A stretch of DNA of 41,221 nucleotides, taken from positions 1-41,221 of the IMG/VR virus record IMGVR_UViG_3300004242_000001. One strand, written 5' to 3'. Made by a program: the position numbers and the translations under genes. Below the pieces are notes generated by a model. That model worked only from the letters and a program-made list of their open reading frames with translations. It made no database searches and was not told the origin of the DNA. This stretch comes from a virus. The first letter of the stretch is position 1. Every line of letters begins with the position of its first letter. Shown here in pieces: positions 33,413 through 39,602 of the stretch.

Positions 33413-34305
33413 TCACCATCCTCTCGTTCTTCATACTCACTGGCAAAGCGCTCCAGCTCATAGCGCATTTCCTTTTCACGTCCAACGACCTGTTCCCACT
33501 GCTCGGCGTCAATCAACTCTACAATCCCGTTGCGGACCAGGTCTGCCAGCGTGCGCGGTTCGACAGCATCCAGTTCCCAGGATGATTCGCCAAACTTCTC
33601 TGCATAAGCCTGGTATCGGCTGTCTGTTTCCTTCGCAGGGTTTTCGGGAGGCTGCCATTCTTCGACCTGGTTGTAATTGAGCGCCAACCGATGAACTCGA
33701 ACATCATCACTTTCAGCAAACATGCCCAAGCGTTCCCGAATATCTCTTGTCATATCAATCCCACTCGGATCGTGATCGCCCAAATAAAACAAATGAATTT
33801 GATGCCCATGACCAATCGCCCTGGCGATGCGCTTCCCCGCTTCATACATTGCCGATGACGAGCTATAGCCTTTATTGGCTGTAAATCTCACATGCAAGTC
33901 TCTGCAGACGGGTTCGAGAATGCCGCTCAGCGCATCCTTCTCGACCATGACCTCAACGTGACAAGGCTGCCCCTGCCAGCGATCCACGCGAAATTGACTT
34001 GCCGCAGCTCGCACGATTTGCGCAGGCGACGTCCACGCTGTTGGGATCACCGTCTCACGCCCACGGTCTTCAATCATTTCCCAATCCACCAATCCCGCCA
34101 GTCGCGCATCGCTGACCAGGTTGCCGATTCGCTTGTATGACTTCACCGAATTTTCGATATAGTCCCTTGCCACAAGCTGGTAATACAACTGGCGCAAACT
34201 CAAGCGGTAACCCATCGCGCGATATTCGTTCAAAATCCCATTCGCAGTCTCGATCACCTTGAGACTTGCCGCGTTGAATTTGTGCTCTACGAATTTTTCT
34301 TTCAT
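33409..34305 (-). CDS. Spo11 / Topo VI subunit A-like protein (5Y-CAP + Toprim only; Mini-A-like)
   Basis: LSLRQLYYQLVARDY…DARLAGLVDWEMIEDRGRE (CAP with a YY tyrosine motif). HVEVMVEKDALSGIL (Toprim Glu). VRFTANKGYSSSS…HLFYLGDHDPSGIDM (DxD). ATG at 34305 via ATGA coupling. Confidence 0.65.
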   Translation of the reverse strand: MKEKFVEHKFNAASLKVIETANGILNEYRAMGYRLSLRQLYYQLVARDYIENSVKSYKRIGNLVSDARLAGLVDWEMIEDRGRETVIPTAWTSPAQIVRAAASQFRVDRWQGQPCHVEVMVEKDALSGILEPVCRDLHVRFTANKGYSSSSAMYEAGKRIARAIGHGHQIHLFYLGDHDPSGIDMTRDIRERLGMFAESDDVRVHRLALNYNQVEEWQPPENPAKETDSRYQAYAEKFGESSWELDAVEPRTLADLVRNGIVELIDAEQWEQVVGREKEMRYELERFASEYEEREDGE

Positions 34306-34607
34306 GCTTCGCCTTCCATCACTTCCAGCATTTTCAAAACGCGCTTCAATGCCCTGCGCTGATTCTCCAGTCCGCATTGAACCAATGCAAGCGGAGCGTT
34401 TTCAAAAACCGTCGCTGTCGGGTAACCCAGCCGCTCATCTCCCTCGACATCAGCCAACACGCCCTCAATAGCTTTGCGAAACGTCTCTTCACGACGCATG
34501 ATTTCCCGCATTGCCATCTCACGCGCCTTCTCGGTGTTTGCCGCGTCATCCAGCACAATGTACAACAATCTATTCAAGTGCATTTTTTCAATTCGTCCGC
34601 TCATCAC
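34302..34607 (-). CDS. Hypothetical protein (101 aa)
   Basis: Coupled ORF, helical and charged. Confidence 0.5.
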   Translation of the reverse strand: MMSGRIEKMHLNRLLYIVLDDAANTEKAREMAMREIMRREETFRKAIEGVLADVEGDERLGYPTATVFENAPLALVQCGLENQRRALKRVLKMLEVMEGEA

Positions 34608-34894
34608 TCCGTCTCCTTTATCATCCTTGCAACAATCGGTTCATCGAACTTGTTTGCAGTCGCAAACACGTGTTTCACCATTGCCAGGGCGTATGGCTTC
34701 CAATACCAATGCTTGCGCTTCCCGTCCCAGGCATAGCGCATGGCAGCCATGACCTTATAAATAACGCTTGGCTTGAGCGCCTTCTTGCGAACCGCCTGGA
34801 TAAATGCTTCGTGCGAACAGTCCGCCATTCTCTCGCTCGATAAAATCGCAATTGCTTCTTCGAGTTTTCTGGTAACGACAACCCTTGGCATCAC
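34604..34894 (-). CDS. Hypothetical protein (96 aa)
   Basis: Coupled ORF, basic. Confidence 0.5.
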   Translation of the reverse strand: MMPRVVVTRKLEEAIAILSSERMADCSHEAFIQAVRKKALKPSVIYKVMAAMRYAWDGKRKHWYWKPYALAMVKHVFATANKFDEPIVARMIKETE

Positions 34895-35838
34895 ATCACC
34901 TCCAACGCCGCGCGGACTTGGCTATCCCGCACGCCAAAATACAAATCCGTCGTCTTCGTGTCCGAATGGCGCATCTGCCTGCGGATTGCGTTCCTCCGCG
35001 CCCCCTCTGGAACTCCAATTCGCGCCAACGCATCGTTGTATGAATACGCAAACGTATGTCTCAAATCATGCGGCTTCAAATCCACAACCCCAGCCGCGCC
35101 CCCAATCATCTTCACCCTGCGCCAAACAGTTCCGCGTGTAATGCGGCTACCGTCCCAATCAGTCACGACTGCCTGTGACTGCACGCCCCGCGTCCGAAGC
35201 CACTCCGCGACCTCGCCCATTGCCGCCGCGCTCACGTCCACAGACTCCTTCTTCGCGCCTTTGCCGAAGACATAAATCTTATTGCCAGCAAAATCCAGGT
35301 CGTTCACGTCCAGCCCTGCCACCTCGCTTTCGCGCAATCCAGCGCTGTTGAACAAAATCCAAATCACACGGTCGCGCAAACCAAGCCAAAAATGCTTGTC
35401 GGTCTGATACCGCAAATGTGACCCAGCGCTTACCACCGCGTTCAATTTCCCCATCTCCGCCTGAGACCTGTCACGCGGACTCGGCTCCACAGGTTGGCGC
35501 TTGATTGCCACCGTCGGGTCATATTCCAACAACCCCTCCTCCACCGCCCACCTAACCAAAACCCGCAGACTTGCCAATCTGCGATTGCGGCTTGCTGGCG
35601 CGACCTGTTTGTCTGCATCCTGCTCGGCAAAATATTTCTTTACATCTGTCGCATTCAATTGGCTCGGCTGAAATACGCAGCCGTTCTCGTTTATCCAAAA
35701 TTTACCAAAGTGATTCACGTCGTTGTAATACGCGCTGATGGTTTTATCTGCGCGTCCATTGACTTGCAGCCACATCCCAAACGCCCCGCGCCAATCCTGG
35801 AAAACTTCGCGCCGAACATCAATCTGCTGTAGCATCAT
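34891..35838 (-). CDS. Tyrosine recombinase (XerC/D / phage integrase family)
   Basis: AGLRESEVAGL (Arg I), KPHDLRHTFA (H-x-x-R), MRHSDTKTTDLYFGV (His, then the nucleophile Tyr). Confidence 0.85.
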   Translation of the reverse strand: MMLQQIDVRREVFQDWRGAFGMWLQVNGRADKTISAYYNDVNHFGKFWINENGCVFQPSQLNATDVKKYFAEQDADKQVAPASRNRRLASLRVLVRWAVEEGLLEYDPTVAIKRQPVEPSPRDRSQAEMGKLNAVVSAGSHLRYQTDKHFWLGLRDRVIWILFNSAGLRESEVAGLDVNDLDFAGNKIYVFGKGAKKESVDVSAAAMGEVAEWLRTRGVQSQAVVTDWDGSRITRGTVWRRVKMIGGAAGVVDLKPHDLRHTFAYSYNDALARIGVPEGARRNAIRRQMRHSDTKTTDLYFGVRDSQVRAALEVM

Positions 35839-36046
35839 TCCCTCCTATCGACTCCAATATCCCATTGTTGATGCTGCAAAAGTCCTGGGCTGATTCCAAC
35901 AGTTTGTGGTTGCCGACAAAATTTTCCTCACCGTCTACAACCTCAAAAACATTCCAACTTCCATCAGTCCAATCCTTGTGGTACACAAACCGTCGTGGAA
36001 CCGCCGCAATTGCCAAAAATAAACATGCCAATCCTTGTCCGTTCAT
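35819..36046 (-). CDS. Hypothetical protein (75 aa)
   Basis: Coupled ORF. Confidence 0.45.
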   Translation of the reverse strand: MNGQGLACLFLAIAAVPRRFVYHKDWTDGSWNVFEVVDGEENFVGNHKLLESAQDFCSINNGILESIGGNDATAD

Positions 36047-36606
36047 TTCTCGCCCCCAATGCCCATTTTTTTATTCTCGCTCAACGTATGCAAAACAACC
36101 CCCACCCCCGCTATCGCCACAAAAGCGATAACCAGCACGACGATATACAACCCAATGCTCGCCATGCTCAAAAAGTTTGACTTGGTATTTTCTCGATTGA
36201 TTTTTGTGTACTTGGCATCGACATCTGGGTCGATGCCGCTGGGTTGCACCACCTGAATAATTTGGTTGTCCTCGGCGCCGTCCCCATCCTTGTCTCCATA
36301 CACGTACAAATACGATGCCGTCATGATGATCCCCACCAAAACCACGAACGTGAAAACAGGTATGGCAATTTCCGAACTCATAATCTTCCCCACAATCCAC
36401 AGCCCAAAAAACGCCAGCAGCCCATACCCGACCCACGGCAGGTAGCCATCGATGTCCTCTTTGGTAATCAAGTCACTTGGCGTTTCGCCGTCTGCCTGCA
36501 CTGACTGAATCTCAGCTAAAAACGCTGGGTCGGTATAAGCGGCGACTGCAAACATGGCAACGAAAAGAAAAACGAAAAACAAAATTTTATATGCAGTATC
36601 TTTCAT
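36043..36606 (-). CDS. Membrane protein (signal/anchor plus about 4 TM, 187 aa from MKDTAYKILFF…)
   Basis: The ATG at 36606 follows AAAGGAG. The longer track ORF crosses structured non-coding sequence. Confidence 0.55.
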   Translation of the reverse strand: MKDTAYKILFFVFLFVAMFAVAAYTDPAFLAEIQSVQADGETPSDLITKEDIDGYLPWVGYGLLAFFGLWIVGKIMSSEIAIPVFTFVVLVGIIMTASYLYVYGDKDGDGAEDNQIIQVVQPSGIDPDVDAKYTKINRENTKSNFLSMASIGLYIVVLVIAFVAIAGVGVVLHTLSENKKMGIGGEK

Positions 36607-36716
36607 GACAACTCCTTTTGGTATCTGACTAATCCATCTCCCCTGGCTGGTGTGCGCCTTGCAGACGCACACCATTACCAAAGGAGTTTGCTTCGGCGGA
36701 GCGCTACTCCGCCTAT

Positions 36717-36741
36717 TGGACTGTGATGGTCTCGAACCACC
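36717..36741 (-). other. tRNA-like T-arm plus acceptor 3' strand fragment (not a complete tRNA)
   Basis: Minus strand: GGTGG-TTCGAGA-CCATC-ACAGTCC-A. G53/C61-type closing pair and a TTCGA T-loop. No matching D arm, anticodon arm or 5' acceptor strand upstream. Confidence 0.45.
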
Positions 36742-36808
36742 TCGCTTGCGCCGTCCAGCCCAGGGAAAAATCACACAAATCGTCGAACACGTCCTACAAT
36801 CATCGAAC

Positions 36809-36833
36809 AAAAAAGGCTTGCCCGTCCCAAGCC
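36809..36833 (-). terminator. Intrinsic terminator after the first early gene
   Basis: mRNA sense: GGCTTG-GGACGGG-CAAGCC followed by TTTTTTG. Confidence 0.55.
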
Positions 36834-36879
36834 CCACCCGTCTTCTCGAGCGCGCAGCCCGTCCCTGTGCGCTCGATGC

Positions 36880-37101
36880 TTATGCCGCTACAGACTGCTT
36901 GGTCGTCGCCTTCTTTGTCTTCCGCGCCTCGATCTTCGGCAGCACCTGCGCCACCATCTCTTTCACTTTTTGCAGCTTATCAAACTCCACCCTCACCATT
37001 TGCTTGACCTGTGCGCCCTGCTTGCGCTCATAAGCCGCGCACAGGATCGCCAGCATTTCTGCCGTTTCTTCGTCCACTGGGATGTTCTTATATTTCGCCA
37101 T
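36880..37101 (-). CDS. First gene of the leftward early operon: small RHH-like DNA-binding protein with a Lys-rich tail
   Basis: MAKYKNIPVDEETAEMLAILCAAYERK… (strand-helix-helix pattern); AAGGA RBS; ATG at 37101. Confidence 0.45.
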   Translation of the reverse strand: MAKYKNIPVDEETAEMLAILCAAYERKQGAQVKQMVRVEFDKLQKVKEMVAQVLPKIEARKTKKATTKQSVAA

Positions 37102-37132
37102 TTTTTTTCCTTCTCTTGCGTTGATTTGGTAA

Positions 37133-37142
37133 AATTGCAATT
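37133..37142. promoter_or_regulatory. Operator-like palindrome AATTGCAATT, copy 1
   Basis: Perfect 10-bp palindrome in the divergent region between 37101 and 37174, followed by a further TTGCAA. Confidence 0.55.
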
Positions 37143-37173
37143 GGTTGCAATAAAGTAATTACGGAGGCTTTTT

Positions 37174-37410
37174 ATGAATAAGTTCTTGATTCAATTCGTC
37201 GAAGCAAATATCGGCGAAACGGTTTGGTTTTTGTCCCCAGGCGGGTTGGTCTCTGGAGAGTTGCACGACATCGATAAAGGCTCTCACTCCATCGGCGTCA
37301 TCAAAGCCTTTCATCACTTCGGAAAACAAAGGCTCTCTCTCGGCGACATCAACATCGACGCCAATCAGGTCTCCGCCTGGGGACTGGACGAACCTACGCT
37401 GGAAGCGTGA
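37174..37410 (+). CDS. Hypothetical protein (78 aa)
   Basis: GGAGG RBS 7 nt upstream. Its 3' end overlaps 37394..37906 convergently by 17 nt. Confidence 0.5.
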   Translation: MNKFLIQFVEANIGETVWFLSPGGLVSGELHDIDKGSHSIGVIKAFHHFGKQRLSLGDINIDANQVSAWGLDEPTLEA

Positions 37411-37906
37411 CTTGCTCGAAGCGGCTCTCAGCGGCTCGAAGCTCCTGCTCGCTCAAAACCACCACATACCCGCTTCCAGTCCGTTCGATAGGCAGACCCA
37501 TTTCCCTGCACGCATTACCAATCGTGCGCGGTCCAAGTTGAAAAAGTTCACGTTGTCCTTGATACCGTCCAAACCCATCCGCCAGGTCTCGATAGCTGAT
37601 GTAATCAACATCCAGCCATTCCCCAATTGAGCCACGCTGAACATCCTCACGCGATCCGCTTACCAATTTTTTGATGAACTCGAAAAGGTCGGAGTTCAGG
37701 CTGCCAGGCTTGAATTTCCGCGCGCTCTCGTCTGTCGTAAAGCGCACGCTCGCCGCAGAGCCAAGCGTAAGCAGTTCACGCGCCGCCACCGAATTCCCGT
37801 CCCCATCTGTGACCAGGAAGTACCCATCCCCAGTCACCGCGTCCTGCAGACTTTCCACCGTCAATCTCTGCCCGCGCTTTATGTAAATCTTCTTCTCGTT
37901 ACTCAT
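37394..37906 (-). CDS. Protein divergent from the repressor gene; its C-terminal domain is paralogous to the C-terminus of the primase-NTPase
   Basis: GEWLDVDYISYRDLADGF…GPRTIGNACREMGLPIERTGSGYVVVL aligns with DEWGSVKYIRYSDLTKVV…ASTIGTKCRNLRLPVHRLGRGFVVII in 28817..31948. Confidence 0.55.
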   Translation of the reverse strand: MSNEKKIYIKRGQRLTVESLQDAVTGDGYFLVTDGDGNSVAARELLTLGSAASVRFTTDESARKFKPGSLNSDLFEFIKKLVSGSREDVQRGSIGEWLDVDYISYRDLADGFGRYQGQRELFQLGPRTIGNACREMGLPIERTGSGYVVVLSEQELRAAESRFEQVTLPA

Positions 37907-37949
37907 TGTTTTCTCCTTTTGATTATTGCTTTCAGTGTTGATGTAATTT

Positions 37950-37963
37950 CTTTCTACTGAAAG
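37950..37963. promoter_or_regulatory. Operator-like palindrome CTTTC-N4-GAAAG, copy 1
   Basis: CTTTCTACTGAAAG, preceded by ATTT; covers the predicted start site of the PR-like promoter. Confidence 0.55.
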
Positions 37964-37991
37964 ATTATAACTAATTGCAATTATTTGTCAA
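37964..37991 (-). promoter_or_regulatory. Consensus sigma70 promoter driving 37394..37906 (PR-like)
   Basis: Minus strand: TTGACA (37986..37991), 16-bp spacer, TATAAT (37964..37969). Confidence 0.7.
37972..37983. promoter_or_regulatory. Operator-like palindrome TAATTGCAATTA, copy 2 (within the promoter spacer)
   Basis: Perfect 12-bp palindrome with the same AATTGCAATT core as 37133..37142. Confidence 0.6.
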
Positions 37992-38007
37992 TAGTGAAAA
38001 AATATTT

Positions 38008-38021
38008 CTTTCTATCGAAAG
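38008..38021. promoter_or_regulatory. Operator-like palindrome CTTTC-N4-GAAAG, copy 2
   Basis: CTTTCTATCGAAAG with the same ATTT flank. Confidence 0.55.
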
Positions 38022-38040
38022 GTCGTTGTGTGTGAAAATA

Positions 38041-38054
38041 TTTTCTATGGAAAG
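38041..38054. promoter_or_regulatory. Operator-like palindrome TTTC-N4-GAAA, copy 3, overlapping the repressor start codon
   Basis: TTTTCTATGGAAAG; the ATG at 38047 lies at its centre. Confidence 0.5.
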
Positions 38055-38427
38055 TTTTTCCGATTGGTTGCTGAACGTTCTAAAGCAGAGAAATATGTCT
38101 CAGTCTGATTTAGCCCGCCTTGCAAAAATAGGTACAGGGACAATTAGTAACATCATGAGCGGTAATAGAAAGGTTGGCAAAAACACATTACAAGCCATAG
38201 CTCACGCACTCAAACTCCCCCCCGAAACCGTCTTTCGTGCCGCTGGCATTCTCCCCCAGCAACCCCCAGAAACTGAAATCGCAGAACAAATCATACATCT
38301 CACAAAGGAGCTCCCCGCACAAGAACAAAGTGACATCCTCGAATTTGTAAAACTCCGTCACCGCATCGCTGAAGAGCGGCAAAAGAATGAAGCAAAACAA
38401 CCTCGAAGCAAACCTGCAATCCCTTGA
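38047..38427 (+). CDS. XRE-family helix-turn-helix repressor (CI-like, no S24 peptidase domain)
   Basis: MSQSDLARLAKIGTGTISNIMSGNRKVGKNTLQAIAHAL is a classic HTH_3 motif. Start chosen at MESFSDW… (38047). Confidence 0.75.
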   Translation: MESFSDWLLNVLKQRNMSQSDLARLAKIGTGTISNIMSGNRKVGKNTLQAIAHALKLPPETVFRAAGILPQQPPETEIAEQIIHLTKELPAQEQSDILEFVKLRHRIAEERQKNEAKQPRSKPAIP

Positions 38428-38725
38428 TAAAACCGACCTTTACATCATCTTATGGTATGTTCGCCTGCGCTGGCTTCGTCACAAGATAAGCCTTCTTCGC
38501 CCCGTGCAAATGCTCATCCCTGTCAGCCTCCTGCAAATCATTTCCTTCATCGTTGCCATGCACTTTCCAAAAAACTTCATTCCCATTGCTGTTGCTGGCA
38601 ACCTAATTGCTGTTGGCGTCGCTCTTTTCCCCATGACCTTTTCCCGCCCGCTCAAAGCGCACTGGGTTTCTCTTCCTCCAAATGATGCTTTTTCGTTTTC
38701 AAGAAGTCGGGAGAGGGCAGATTGA
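38387..38725 (+). CDS. Membrane protein (about 3 TM) in the lysogeny module
   Basis: Hydrophobic segments LYIILWYVRL, IPVSLLQIISFIVAM and IPIAVAGNLIAVGVALFPM; overlaps the repressor 3' end. Confidence 0.45.
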   Translation: MKQNNLEANLQSLDKTDLYIILWYVRLRWLRHKISLLRPVQMLIPVSLLQIISFIVAMHFPKNFIPIAVAGNLIAVGVALFPMTFSRPLKAHWVSLPPNDAFSFSRSRERAD

Positions 38726-38907
38726 CCAAGCGTGAAATAATCTTTCTTGCCGTCCTGGGGGCGCTGATGATCGTTATTGCCCTCCTCTATAGGTTTACAT
38801 CATTCAAAATAACTGAAGGATGGGAAGTCGCCCTGCTTGTCTTCATCACCTTCCCCATTGGCTTCTATATCGCCACCGACCCAGAACGCATAAAAAAGGG
38901 AAAATAA
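38722..38907 (+). CDS. Small two-TM protein (61 aa, TTG start)
   Basis: IIFLAVLGALMIVIALLY and VALLVFITFPIGFYIA. Confidence 0.45.
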   Translation: MTKREIIFLAVLGALMIVIALLYRFTSFKITEGWEVALLVFITFPIGFYIATDPERIKKGK

Positions 38908-38910
38908 ATC

Positions 38911-39585
38911 ATGGGCTTCCGTTTTCGCAAATCATTCAAAATTGCGCCAGGCATAAAAATCAACCTCAGCAAATCAGGGCTGTCCACGTCCGTCGGCAAA
39001 AACGGAGCCTCGCTAAATTTCGGAAACCGCGGTATCCGCGCGACCGTCGGGCTTCCAGGCACAGGCGTGTCTGCGTCAAAACTATTCGCGTCTAAAACGG
39101 ATGCCCTGCCAAACCATTCACCCGCCGAACTTGAAACGTATCAACAAACTATTATTGACGCGCAACCCGCAAAGCCAAAAGTAAAAATCCCATTCGGTTG
39201 CCTTATCCCAGTAGTATTTGTCGCCACATGCTACCAACTTTTCTTCTGCTCTGCTATCGTCAGCGCCATTATCAACCCCCCACCTACTCCAACCCCAACG
39301 CTCACAGCGACCGCCACGCAGCCGCCAACCTCAACGCCGCGCCCGACTCAAACATCTTTGCCAACCATCACGCCCCAACCCTCGCAAACCACAACGCCAA
39401 TCCATACCAAAACGCCTTACCTCACCCCAACGCTTCCCGCCCAATGCCTGCAAGAATATCCGTCTTTCTGCATCCTGCCAGGTCAACGCATTGTTTGCGA
39501 TCAACTTCCCGCCGATTTTGTCGTTTTACCGCCAGACTCACTTGGTTACGACAAAGATGGCGACGGCATCGGTTGCGAAAACTAA
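38911..39585 (+). CDS. DUF4236 domain - TM - Pro/Thr linker - Excalibur-like calcium-binding domain protein
   Basis: MGFRFRKSFKIAPGIKINLSKSGLSTSVGKNGASLNFGNRGIRATVGLPGTGVS (DUF4236 signature). TM segment LIPVVFVATCYQLFFCSAIVSAII. C-terminal …DKDGDGIGCEN. Confidence 0.7.
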   Translation: MGFRFRKSFKIAPGIKINLSKSGLSTSVGKNGASLNFGNRGIRATVGLPGTGVSASKLFASKTDALPNHSPAELETYQQTIIDAQPAKPKVKIPFGCLIPVVFVATCYQLFFCSAIVSAIINPPPTPTPTLTATATQPPTSTPRPTQTSLPTITPQPSQTTTPIHTKTPYLTPTLPAQCLQEYPSFCILPGQRIVCDQLPADFVVLPPDSLGYDKDGDGIGCEN

Positions 39586-39602
39586 CCTCGCCCAGACAGG
39601 CA

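Noticed and set aside
36665-36800. Complete tRNA gene on the minus strand
   Set aside because: Only the T-arm and the 3' acceptor strand are convincing. The 77-nt window ending at GTCC gives just 4 acceptor base pairs and no D or anticodon stems.
36607-36837. N-terminal extension of the membrane protein ORF (track ORF 36043..36837)
   Set aside because: The extension is Arg/Gly/Ser-rich and spans several hairpins, the tRNA-like fragment and the region just below a terminator. The ATG at 36606 has an RBS and starts a signal-like hydrophobic segment.
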